From positions 13,994 through 77,993 of the forward strand of contig JAJFBF010000005.1 of assembly GCA_020697295.1 (NCBI GenBank): 64,000 nt of DNA. The letters run 5' to 3'. The notes below the pieces were generated by a model, which saw only the letters and a list, made by a program, of their open reading frames with translations, ran no database searches and was not told the origin of the DNA. Shown here in pieces: positions 27,066 to 35,812 of the stretch (position 1 is its first letter; every line of letters starts with the position of its first letter). The translations under genes were made by a program, and so were the position numbers. The DNA is from Moraxellaceae bacterium. GTDB lineage: Bacteria; Pseudomonadota; Gammaproteobacteria; Pseudomonadales; Moraxellaceae.

Positions 27066-27917
27066 ATGGGAGAAATATCCGGGATGGTGATGTTCACGAC
27101 ACTGGACGCGTCCGGGCGCGGTCCTTTCGGGCCGGCGGCGTGTTTTGACTTTCATGACGGATTGAACGTCATCGTTGGCGGCAACGGCACCGGCAAGACC
27201 ACGGTGTTTCAATTGCTGCGGAAATGCGCCGCCCACGAGCTTCTGCCGATTACTGCGGTGGAAGAGCTGCAGGAGCAACAGCTCCCGGATCCCGTCCCTG
27301 TAGGTCGGGATTCATCCCGACAAAAAAATGAAACCGCCAACAATACCCCCGCGCCCGCCGACCTGCTCTCCAGCCTCGTATTCCTGACTGATGGAGATCG
27401 CATGCGTTGGGAGGGCGGCAGCGCGTCCGGACTTTGCTTGCTTGCGACCTGGCCGGGCATCGACCGTCCTCGCCTGGAAGCCGACCTGACCGCCTGGGTC
27501 CGACGCTTGTTCGGCGCCGAGGGAAGCTGGGCCACGCGCGCCGGCGCGCTGCAGGTCACGCTGGCGCCCGGGGGTGGTCTTGAGCTTTCCGTGGCGGGCG
27601 AACGCGTCTGCCACACCGTCTTCGCGGCGGGAGAGCAGACGTTGCTGCACCTGGCGCTGGTGGCCGCGTTGCGTGCGCAGCTGGATCCTGCGCATCACTG
27701 GCCCCTGGTCGTCGACAGCCCCTTCGGATCGCTCGATAGCTCCTTTCGCGCCTGCGTCGCCACGGTGCTGCCGGAGCTGGCGAAGCAGGTGATTGTGTTG
27801 CTGCCCCCTCGGGAGCTGCCGGAGGCTGGCTGGCAGCCGGATTACGAGCTTGTCTATGAAGGCCAACCCCAGGGCGTCACTCGCGTAGTCGCGATTGCGC
27901 CCGGGGCCGGCGCCTAG
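27066..27917 (+). CDS. minimal ABC/SMC-head-like P-loop ATPase (paralog A)
   Basis: Walker A VIVGGNGTGKTTVF, signature-like FAAGEQTLL, Walker B PLVVDSPFGSLD. The true start may be ATG at 27084 or 27090. Carries an in-frame REP-like insert at 27297-27325. Confidence 0.65.
   Translation: MGEISGMVMFTTLDASGRGPFGPAACFDFHDGLNVIVGGNGTGKTTVFQLLRKCAAHELLPITAVEELQEQQLPDPVPVGRDSSRQKNETANNTPAPADLLSSLVFLTDGDRMRWEGGSASGLCLLATWPGIDRPRLEADLTAWVRRLFGAEGSWATRAGALQVTLAPGGGLELSVAGERVCHTVFAAGEQTLLHLALVAALRAQLDPAHHWPLVVDSPFGSLDSSFRACVATVLPELAKQVIVLLPPRELPEAGWQPDYELVYEGQPQGVTRVVAIAPGAGA
27297..27325. repeat. REP-like palindromic element, copy 2 (inside a CDS)
   Basis: cctgtagGTCGGGATTCATCCCGACaaaa, identical to copy 1. 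Translated in frame as VGRDSSRQ within 27066-27917. Confidence 0.7.
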
Positions 27918-28435
27918 TCTTCCGCGAGCGGGATCTCTGCAAATACCGCTATCTCCATGCTAATCACCGCATGGCGGCACTCGAGGCGGTCCAGTGCGGT
28001 AGTGGCGCGGAGGCTGGAGCGGACCGATTGCGGCACCAGATGCAGCGTGAGCAGCGCCTGGTACACGCCCTCGACCGAGTCAGCCTGCAGCGGCTGGCTT
28101 TCGCTCGCGCCGATGCCCTGGGCCAGCTGCGTCATCAGCGGGCGCAGGGTGTCCTCGGGACAGTCCTCATCGGCGAGCTTGAGCGGATCCTGGCGACGGT
28201 AGATTCCGGCGGGCATCTTGAGCCAGGTGGCGGCTTTGCCTGCCAGGTAGGCGAAGGCGGAAGGGGCGTTATTGTCCAGGGGAGCCTCCCGGCGCCCGTC
28301 GGGCAAGAAGCCACGGGCGCATGGTCCGGTTGATGTTGGCGTCAGCATGCGCTGTCGTTGCGACAGGTTATGTCGTATCGCCGCGAGAGGATGTACTGGG
28401 TCCGGCGAGCTGCTGGAAGCAGTTGCACCCGTCAC
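27914..28435 (-). CDS. hypothetical protein
   Basis: 173-aa ORF, convergent with the ATPase and sharing CTAG stop overlap. No motif. Confidence 0.4.
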   Translation of the reverse strand: MTGATASSSSPDPVHPLAAIRHNLSQRQRMLTPTSTGPCARGFLPDGRREAPLDNNAPSAFAYLAGKAATWLKMPAGIYRRQDPLKLADEDCPEDTLRPLMTQLAQGIGASESQPLQADSVEGVYQALLTLHLVPQSVRSSLRATTALDRLECRHAVISMEIAVFAEIPLAED

Positions 28436-28454
28436 CCGTAATTGAAAAAGGAAA

Positions 28455-28604
28455 ATGAAGATGAGCGGATTTTACCCGGCGCCCCCGTATTTCTTTGTCT
28501 GCAAGGACTGCGGCCACCGCTACCGGCGCGACATCAAGCTGGCCTTGTTCTGCCCGCAGTGCAAATCGTTCCGGGTGGCGTCGGATCCTTCGGTTCTGAA
28601 GTGA
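28455..28604 (+). CDS. small zinc-ribbon protein (49 aa, below the ORF-track cutoff)
   Basis: Hand translation: MKMSGFYPAPPYFFVCKDCGHRYRRDIKLALFCPQCKSFRVASDPSVLK. Two CxxC pairs, AAAGGAAA SD. Confidence 0.45.
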   Translation: MKMSGFYPAPPYFFVCKDCGHRYRRDIKLALFCPQCKSFRVASDPSVLK

Positions 28605-28628
28605 GCGACGGCGATTCCAATGGGCCGG

Positions 28629-29222
28629 CTAGCTCACGCGGTAGCCACCATTTTCCGCCGCCATCTGATTGAAGAGCGCCCACTTCCGGATCCAGGCAGC
28701 CGCTGCCTCCGGCGCCATGCCGCTGCGGACATAAGGAGCGTGCAGGGCGCTCTCCTGCCGCGCCAGCCCTGCCAGAAGGCCGCTGGCAATCCATTGGCAC
28801 TCCTCCGGCCAGACATACCACGATCGCTGCGAACTGAACTTGCACGACAGCACCTTGCCGGGCTGATCGCTGCGGCGCGTCAGGATGGCGTTGGTGGCGA
28901 GCGCCCATGCATCAAAAAGACGCTCCTCCCGGCTCGTCATCTGGTCCGTGCAGTCGTGGCCGATGAGGCCTTCGGCGCCCTCCACGCAGAATACGGCGCC
29001 GAGTGTGTCGACCCGCTTCTGCGAAATGCCCTTGGGCGGCCAGGCCGGAAAGTCTTCGGGGACGGCCGTGGTATCCATGACGGCGGCGGCCACCATCACC
29101 GCCACCATGTCGTCCATCGCGTGGTTGGAGCAGAGGAAGCGGTCTTCGTATCCCGGTAGTGGCGGGACATAGCCGGCAACCACATCGTCGGGCGGGAACG
29201 CCATCTGCATGTCATAGCCCAT
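28629..29222 (-). CDS. hypothetical protein downstream of DUF2779
   Basis: 197-aa ORF, 39 nt after the DUF2779 gene on the same strand. Trp/Cys-containing globular composition. Confidence 0.55.
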   Translation of the reverse strand: MGYDMQMAFPPDDVVAGYVPPLPGYEDRFLCSNHAMDDMVAVMVAAAVMDTTAVPEDFPAWPPKGISQKRVDTLGAVFCVEGAEGLIGHDCTDQMTSREERLFDAWALATNAILTRRSDQPGKVLSCKFSSQRSWYVWPEECQWIASGLLAGLARQESALHAPYVRSGMAPEAAAAWIRKWALFNQMAAENGGYRVS

Positions 29223-29261
29223 GTTGCCGGCTCCTGGGGGGCGGGGAGAGCAGTGCCGCTC

Positions 29262-30761
29262 TCAGGCCGGGGACGGGGAGCGGGCCGGACTCCGGCGTGA
29301 TGCCTTGCGCCGCCCTTCAAAGAACTTCGCCAGCTCCACCATCGCCTGCGTGTCGCGCCCGCAATATTCCACCAGCGCTGCGCGCACCTGCAGCGCCCTT
29401 GCCGGATCCGTTTCCGGCGACAGCAGCTCCAGAAAGGCCTCCTGCGCCATGCCGCCGTCACCGACCTCCAGTTCGCTGTAATCCAGCTCGGGCGCCACCG
29501 TGGGTAGCACCGCCTTGATCGACCAGGAGCCGCGCATGTCCGGGTGGTAATAGTGGTCTCGCGCAATCACCAGCAGGTCCACCATGCGGTTGATGATGGA
29601 CTGCAATGCCTCCGCGTGTTCGGGGAAGGCCACCGCCATTTCCTGCAGCCGGCTGCGCTCGAAGGACGCGTTCCAGACCAGCACGCTGCCGCGCGGCCCG
29701 ATCGCCGCCAGCAATGTCTCCACGAATTCGCGGCGCGGATCCTCAAGGCCTTCGGCCAGCCAGCCGCGCTCGCGCAAGGTGCCGGTGTGCGACTCCACAT
29801 GACAGGACCACTGGAAGGGCACCTGCTGGTAGGGGCGCGTGCCGGCCCAGATGGGCGCGGCAAAACTGATCGTCTCGAAGTCCATGTAGTAGCGCGGCCA
29901 GGCCAGCGTACTCATGGCCGCGGCGACTTCCTTGCGCAGGACAGGCTTGCCCTTTTGCAGCGAGTCCCAGACCAGCAGGTGGCTGTCGTTGCGCAGGCGA
30001 TCGCGCGGCAGCTCGCGGATGTCGTCGTAGCCCTCGGCGCGCAGGGCGTCGGCCTGCTTGCCGATGCGCGGCAACTCCTCCACGGGATAGGCCTCCGGAT
30101 CCGCCGCCGGATGGCAGTAGCCAATGAAGGGGCATTCATAGGGATCAGTGCACTGCGCGCCCGTTTCGACCCGCGGCTCCTTGCCTTTGAGCGTCTTTTG
30201 CGCCGCCTTGATCCAGCCCGGCACCTCGGGCTGCAGGTCGCGGGCCTGCGAGGTGACGTCCACCGTGGTGAACAGGCCCTGGTAGTCCTCATTGCCGGGG
30301 TACACGAACTGGTTGTTGATGTGCACGACCGAGATCCGCTTGACCTTGACGCCGCAGGCCTCCGCCACGTGCGCCTGGATGGCCACGTCCTGCAGATGGT
30401 AGGACTTCACGCTGGTGGAGGACTTCACCTCGGCGAGGTGATAGCCGCCGCGCTCTGGCAGCAGCAGGTCATTGCGCACCAGCACGCTGTCGGCGTTGAA
30501 GGTGGCCTCGAACACCGGCACCCGTTTGGGTTTGGCCAGCAGCGCCTCCGTGTCCTTCAATGCCTGGGACAGACTGCCGCCATCGATCAGGATGCCCCCC
30601 GGGTGCAGTTGCCGGGCAATGTCACCCACGACGTTGCCGGCATCCATGCGGGACTGCTGGGAAGCGTCCACCACGGTCAGTTCCGGCTTGTTCATCTGCA
30701 GCCACAGGCGCTTGGGGCACTGCAGGTGGGCAATCAGGCGAGACTTGGACAGACCGGCCAT
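29262..30761 (-). CDS. DUF2779-family protein (PD-(D/E)XK / Cas4-like nuclease fold)
   Basis: N-terminus LSKSRLIAHLQCPKRLWL and YMDFETISFAAPIWAGTRPYQQVPFQWSCHV match the DUF2779 family pattern as I recall it. Confidence 0.8.
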   Translation of the reverse strand: MAGLSKSRLIAHLQCPKRLWLQMNKPELTVVDASQQSRMDAGNVVGDIARQLHPGGILIDGGSLSQALKDTEALLAKPKRVPVFEATFNADSVLVRNDLLLPERGGYHLAEVKSSTSVKSYHLQDVAIQAHVAEACGVKVKRISVVHINNQFVYPGNEDYQGLFTTVDVTSQARDLQPEVPGWIKAAQKTLKGKEPRVETGAQCTDPYECPFIGYCHPAADPEAYPVEELPRIGKQADALRAEGYDDIRELPRDRLRNDSHLLVWDSLQKGKPVLRKEVAAAMSTLAWPRYYMDFETISFAAPIWAGTRPYQQVPFQWSCHVESHTGTLRERGWLAEGLEDPRREFVETLLAAIGPRGSVLVWNASFERSRLQEMAVAFPEHAEALQSIINRMVDLLVIARDHYYHPDMRGSWSIKAVLPTVAPELDYSELEVGDGGMAQEAFLELLSPETDPARALQVRAALVEYCGRDTQAMVELAKFFEGRRKASRRSPARSPSPA

Positions 30762-30914
30762 GGTCGGCTCCTTATTGTTGTTTTTCGGGGCTTGGTGGTA
30801 GCGGGCACTCCACGCTACAAGTTAAAAGTAATACAACACTGCGACAACATAAGTCGCGATCAGCGCGGCTGAAGAGCTGGAATGGCCGTTTAACGGCCAG
30901 ACAGGGGAGGGCGC

Positions 30915-31289
30915 ATGACGCCAGCGCCAACATTGAGCGTGGGGATCTTCTGGTGGGTGGAGGGGGCGCTGCTGCTCGACCAGGCGCCGCTGGCGCAGGC
31001 CGAGCCTTATGGGCCGGCCCTGCAGCATGGCGGACACTGGGAATTCCATGAGGGGCTGACGCCCCGCACCTTGCGCGAGGAGCGCTTCCAGCAGCAGCCC
31101 TATGACGTGAACCCCCGCGGCCGGGTGGTGTATTTCACGGCCCAGGGCGTAGCCGTGGTGTATATCGACCGCTGCCTGAATGCCCCGGCCATCCGGGCGG
31201 TGATTACGGAGGCCTTTGGCCTGGCCGGGGAGATCCGGTTCGCCCTGGATCCGCATTATCGCTGCCCCGGCTGCGGTAGCCTGTACTAG
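30915..31289 (+). CDS. hypothetical small protein
   Basis: 124 aa with GGGGAGGG SD. C-terminal CPGC. Confidence 0.5.
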   Translation: MTPAPTLSVGIFWWVEGALLLDQAPLAQAEPYGPALQHGGHWEFHEGLTPRTLREERFQQQPYDVNPRGRVVYFTAQGVAVVYIDRCLNAPAIRAVITEAFGLAGEIRFALDPHYRCPGCGSLY

Positions 31290-31400
31290 CAGCGGAGCTG
31301 TAAAGATCATTTAGGCGGATGATGCGCGACTAAGGGCTTCCTTTGCCCGCCGCTTGTCGTGCGGCGCCATTTGCACCGCAATTCCCTGCAAGAGTCTTTT

Positions 31401-32162
31401 TCAGAGATATTCCGTGGTGCCGGGGGCTACCACCGTATATCCATGGACGTCCTCGGCCTTCATGCAGTGGCTGACCGCAATATCCGGCACCAGGGTACTT
31501 GGCCTCCCGATGACGATCACCTGTCGTGAGATGGCCCGCAGGAGTTGCGACAGGTTATCGAGGAGAAGGCTGTCCATCGCCCCCAATTGATCATCGATGA
31601 CAAACGGAAAAATCTGTCCGCCCGGGATCCTCCTGCGAAGGGCCCAATTCAGGGCCAGGTAGATGGCACAGCGTTCAGTATGGGACGAGAGGACTCCGGT
31701 CACGGCGTTCCCGGTGACCGCATTGGTCAGTTCGAGCTGACCGGCCTCGGATACCGCGTACCGAAACTCAGGGAAGGAGTCAGCACCCCCATAGGCACCG
31801 GACAAGACAGCGTTCCTGTCGGAGAGAACCTGCTCGAAGGCAAACTGGAAGTCACTGGCCAGTTGCTCACGGTCAATCCGCAGGGGTTGGATGAGGTCGG
31901 CAAGGGGCGGGTATGGCCGCCAGAACATCGGAAGATCGCAATGATCGGACCAGAACATCAGCGGTTCGGGAGGGGCGAGACGGGCAGCTGTGTCCTCGGC
32001 CGCCAGGAAGGCCAAAGCGGAAGCGCGTAGTTGCTCGAACAGCCGGGTCTTCCCGGACAGATGTTCGCCGCTGACCTGGTTGACCCCGTTCTTGAAGGCA
32101 ATGCGGGCGCCGGGCTGGAAGGGCCACACGGCTGACAAGTCCAGTTCATAAAATGAAAACAT
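31401..32162 (-). CDS. minimal ABC/SMC-head-like P-loop ATPase (paralog B)
   Basis: Walker A VSGEHLSGKTRLF, signature-like LSSHTERCAIYL, Walker B PFVIDDQLGAMD. Same layout as 27066-27917. Confidence 0.65.
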   Translation of the reverse strand: MFSFYELDLSAVWPFQPGARIAFKNGVNQVSGEHLSGKTRLFEQLRASALAFLAAEDTAARLAPPEPLMFWSDHCDLPMFWRPYPPLADLIQPLRIDREQLASDFQFAFEQVLSDRNAVLSGAYGGADSFPEFRYAVSEAGQLELTNAVTGNAVTGVLSSHTERCAIYLALNWALRRRIPGGQIFPFVIDDQLGAMDSLLLDNLSQLLRAISRQVIVIGRPSTLVPDIAVSHCMKAEDVHGYTVVAPGTTEYL

Positions 32163-32201
32163 GCATGCCGCTCCTCTGGCCGGGAGTTTCAGTACGCCGC
32201 T

Positions 32202-32756
32202 TCAGGTGCCCGGTCGCTCACGCAATAGCGTTTCCTGCAGAGCCAGCTGCACTTTTTTGAGTGCCTCATTCATGCTCACCTTGCCTTCGCAGTAGTCGGA
32301 GCAATTGACGATGGATAATCGTCTGGCGGGATCGGTCTTGTCGGAAACCCATGACCGCAGGCTCTCCAGATCCTCAAGGGCAGGTAACCAGCCGCTGTCA
32401 AAGGAGAACGGCAGGATGACGTGAAGATGGCAATCAGCGAGCTCTCCCGCATTGGCCATCTCACGCAGCCTGCGGCCCCCTTTTCCTCCCAGGGCCGCAA
32501 TGACATGAGATCGGGCAGGGATGCCAAACGGTTCGGGCGTGACATTTATCTCGAATTCGGCGCCGTCCAGATTGGCGCGGCTAAGCGCTGCATTCGTGTA
32601 AAGGTCAGGCAGGGAGAACTCGTTGAAGATCCAGCGCCGTATTTCCTTGGCTTCAAGCTGGGGTCGTATGGCCGAATCAGCCCAGATGCGAGCCAGGGTG
32701 GCCGATCCATAGGTTCCGATGGCGACCACTGCGGTAGCGGGGGAAAGCGGAGTCAT
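32202..32756 (-). CDS. small Rossmann-like protein with glycine loop (FtsZ-N-like or SLOG-like)
   Basis: VVAIGTYGSATLARI ... HVIAALGGKGGRRLREMANAGELADCHLHVILPFSFDSG ... RLSIVNCSDY. Colinear with the FtsZ N-domain (GGGTGTG region, KPFxFEG), and also reminiscent of LOG/SLOG PGGxGTxxE. Confidence 0.55.
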   Translation of the reverse strand: MTPLSPATAVVAIGTYGSATLARIWADSAIRPQLEAKEIRRWIFNEFSLPDLYTNAALSRANLDGAEFEINVTPEPFGIPARSHVIAALGGKGGRRLREMANAGELADCHLHVILPFSFDSGWLPALEDLESLRSWVSDKTDPARRLSIVNCSDYCEGKVSMNEALKKVQLALQETLLRERPGT

Positions 32757-33319
32757 GACCTCTCCTTGCGACGGGCCGTTTGAGTCAATGCCTTAACAGC
32801 GGGGGCTTGGGGCATAGTTTTAAAGGCCGCGAAGATTGGAGAATATCGTCCTGTTGCGACAGGATGTGTCGGATTCATCGCCTCTAAAAACCTGATCAAC
32901 GCAGGGCGTGGCAATCTCTGCCAACAGTCAGACTAATCCGCCTCATCTGTAGTGATTAAAGAACACCCGCCATGTCAGGCTGGTTGTCGCGTCATCTGAA
33001 TCTTAACCCCTTGGCGAGCGGCTGGACGTGATGCGTCCCGCTGGGCGCGCTCTGAAATTCGGCAGTTGCACAGTTGGTTTGACAGTCTCTGAATGACACT
33101 CGGTATGAGCAGCCGGTACAGTTGAAGGACGACGAGGAGTAGTCTCGCTACGTCAATCCATCCTCCGGCTTCTCCCGCACAGCCGGCCCCTTGGCATTGA
33201 GAAAGTCAGCAGGAAGGCGATCAGCGTTCCTGTTATCCATCACTCACCGCAGGTGCGACTGTCGCAGGCCAGCTTTCCTCTGCTGGCGACAGCTCCCCAT
33301 GATGTGAAGGCGACACCCT

Positions 33320-33673
33320 ATGACCCTGTCCATAAATGCGCTGCTGCGGCGGCGTGCCCTTTTTTATGCCATGGATGCCCAGGAGCATACGGCGGAAACG
33401 ATTTATTGGGCCGTACATGCTTTTCTTGAGCATCCTGTGGCGGAGCGCCCTGCCGGGAGTGCTCCGCCGCTTCCTGTACCGCCCGGCTCCCGTACTTGCG
33501 GCGAGCGCGAGCCGGTGGAGCTGGATGAGCCCTTGCTGGTCCGGCTTCCGGTCGTGGCGGAGGCGCTGGGCATTTCTGCGGAGTCAGTGGTGGATCTCGC
33601 GGTGGAGCGGGCCTGCCCGCCGCTGGGCATGGCGCTCGACCCCCAGTGGTTCATTGCTGGATTGGGGCCGTGA
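33320..33673 (+). CDS. questionable small ORF upstream of the hipA-like gene
   Basis: 117-aa ORF. The C-terminal LLVRLPVVAEALGISAESVVDLAVE could be a DNA-binding helix pair. Coding status is uncertain. Confidence 0.25.
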   Translation: MTLSINALLRRRALFYAMDAQEHTAETIYWAVHAFLEHPVAERPAGSAPPLPVPPGSRTCGEREPVELDEPLLVRLPVVAEALGISAESVVDLAVERACPPLGMALDPQWFIAGLGP

Positions 33674-33815
33674 TTCACGAGCACGAAGCCGATCGTCGCT
33701 CAGCCAGGCATTGGAGCAGGGGCACGAGCGGCTATTGGTGCAGCCGGCATAAATCTATTCAGGTTATCTGGGTGCCAATATCTCAACGCATTGAAAATAA
33801 AGCTCTTATATATTT

Positions 33816-33848
33816 AATATCCATTAAATATCTATTCATATAGTATTC
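33816..33848 (+). promoter_or_regulatory. three tandem 11-bp units (candidate operator) 5 nt upstream of the hipA-like ATG
   Basis: AATATCCATTA AATATCTATTC ATATAGTATTC. The same unit occurs at 53369-53390. Confidence 0.45.
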
Positions 33849-33853
33849 AGATC

Positions 33854-35194
33854 ATGTCTGATACCAGCCCCGATCTCCTGCATGCCCTCGCCACCGGCGC
33901 CCGCAACGGCGCCGAGCTGCAGGCGCGCCTGGGCGTCAGCCAGCCCACGGTTTCCCGCCTGGTGCGGGCCGCTGGCAACGAGGTGATCGTGATCGGGCGT
34001 GCCCGCGCCACCCACTATGCCCGGCGCCGCCGGATCCCCGAAGTTGGCGATGACCTGCCGCTCTACCGCATCGACCCCCAGGGCGACGTCCACCGCTTCG
34101 GGCATCTCTATCCGCTGGTGGCCGGGGAGTTCGCCTGTGCCTTCGAGGGCCAGGCGTCGGTGCTGCATCCGGGATTGCCGTGGTTCCTGCAGGACATGCG
34201 GCCACAGGGCTTCATGGGCCGCGCCTTTGCCCGGCATTTCGCGACCTCCCTCAATCTCCCCGGCCGTCTGCCGGACTGGGATGACGACGCCCATCTCATC
34301 GCCATGGCGCTGTACGGCGAGGACCTCGCCGGCAACCTGATCGTCGGCGACGCCTCCCTCGAGCGCTTCTATCGGCGGGCCCTCGCCGGGGATGCCATTC
34401 CCGAGGCGGGGCGGGCCGCGGCCTATCCACGGCTGGCCGAAGCCTTTCTCGACGAGCAGCCCGGTTCGAGCGCGGGCGGCGAACAACCCAAGTTCACCGC
34501 CCGACTGGCGACGCCTGGCGGGGGCATTCGTTCCGTCATCGTGAAATTCAGCCCCACCGGCAATGACGCCGCCGCTGTGCGGTGGCGGGATCTGCTGCGT
34601 GCCGAGCAGGCGGCGCTGGCCTGGCTGCGCGAGCAGGGTATTCCTGCGGCCGCGAGCCAGCTGGTCGAGGCGGGCGGGCGCCTGTTCCTGGAGGTCGAGC
34701 GCTTCGATCGGGTGGGAGAGCGGGGGCGGCGCGGACTGCTGTCGCTGGCGGCAATCGATGACCATCACTTCGGGCTGCGCGGGAACTGGTCGGCAATGGC
34801 CGCGCGGCTGCAGCAGCAGCGCATGGTCACGCCCGGCGAGGCCAGGACCATGCGCCTGCTGGATGTGTTCGGGGCCCTGATTGCCAACAGCGATCGTCAC
34901 TTCGGCAATCTCTCGCTGTTCGTGGACGACTTCACGCATGCCCTGGCGCCGGCCTATGACTTGTTGCCGATGGCCTGCCGGCCGACGGATCAGGGCGAGG
35001 TGCGCGCGCCGGACTTCCTCCCGCCGCTGCCCTCCGCCGCCAACGCGGACGTGTGGGACGAGGCCCTGGCGCTCGCGCGCGAATACTGGCGCCGGCTCAC
35101 GGATCTTCCGGCGTTGTCCGCCGACTTTCGCGCCATTGCCGCCGGGAATGCCCGGCGTCTCGCCAGCCTGGAGGCGATCCGGCCGCCGCAGTGA
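33854..35194 (+). CDS. HipA-family Ser/Thr kinase with fused N-terminal HTH (YjjJ/HipH-like)
   Basis: N-terminus NGAELQARLGVSQPTVSRLV (HTH). GGEQPKF and LIANSDRHFGNLSLF are HipA catalytic-core motifs. Confidence 0.85.
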   Translation: MSDTSPDLLHALATGARNGAELQARLGVSQPTVSRLVRAAGNEVIVIGRARATHYARRRRIPEVGDDLPLYRIDPQGDVHRFGHLYPLVAGEFACAFEGQASVLHPGLPWFLQDMRPQGFMGRAFARHFATSLNLPGRLPDWDDDAHLIAMALYGEDLAGNLIVGDASLERFYRRALAGDAIPEAGRAAAYPRLAEAFLDEQPGSSAGGEQPKFTARLATPGGGIRSVIVKFSPTGNDAAAVRWRDLLRAEQAALAWLREQGIPAAASQLVEAGGRLFLEVERFDRVGERGRRGLLSLAAIDDHHFGLRGNWSAMAARLQQQRMVTPGEARTMRLLDVFGALIANSDRHFGNLSLFVDDFTHALAPAYDLLPMACRPTDQGEVRAPDFLPPLPSAANADVWDEALALAREYWRRLTDLPALSADFRAIAAGNARRLASLEAIRPPQ

Positions 35195-35354
35195 GGGCGG
35201 GACAGGGCCAGCGCTTCCCGCCTCCGTAATCACCGCAATATTGAAGCCGACACATTCTGTCGCTTCTTCCCCCTAGCATGACTTCCCACGGCAGCACACG
35301 ACTGCCGGCTTTATAACAACACCGCTCCATTGCGAGCGGTCAGGGAAGAACACC

Positions 35355-35783
35355 ATGCGCCTCATCCGCCTGCCTTTGCTGGCCGGCAGCCTCCTGCTGC
35401 TGTCCGCCTGCCAGTCCCGCCCCGCCCCGGAGTTCCTGATACAGGAACCCGCGGTCGACCTGCACACCCAGCCCGGCCAGGTGGCCGTGATCCAGCCCGC
35501 CTCGCGCGTGGTCGGCAGCGCCAACGCCATCCAGGTGATCGGCCTCAAGACCATCACCGACGGCAGCCGCCTGCTCGTCGAGGCCACGCTGCGCAACGAT
35601 CGCGGCCGTCGCGACATCGTCTATTACCGGCTGCGCTGGCTCGACAGCGCCGGCGTCATGCTGGGCCAGTACGAGCCCTGGGCCACCGAGTCCCTGGACG
35701 GCCTGCAGCAGGCCGTCATCACCGCCACTTCTCCCTATCCCCACGCGGTGGACTTCCGGCTGGAAATCCGCAGCAAGGATTGA
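35355..35783 (+). CDS. YcfL/DUF1425-like lipoprotein
   Basis: Lipobox LLLLSAC. 142 aa with beta-rich pattern (LLVEATLRNDRGRRDIVYYRLRWLD). Confidence 0.65.
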   Translation: MRLIRLPLLAGSLLLLSACQSRPAPEFLIQEPAVDLHTQPGQVAVIQPASRVVGSANAIQVIGLKTITDGSRLLVEATLRNDRGRRDIVYYRLRWLDSAGVMLGQYEPWATESLDGLQQAVITATSPYPHAVDFRLEIRSKD

Positions 35784-35812
35784 CCTCACGTTTGACTCCA
35801 AGGATCTCGACC

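Noticed and set aside
33836-35233. 465-aa ORF antisense to the HipA-like gene
   Set aside because: Gly/Arg/Pro/Ala-rich composition typical of shadow ORFs in high-GC DNA. The sense strand carries clear HipA motifs.
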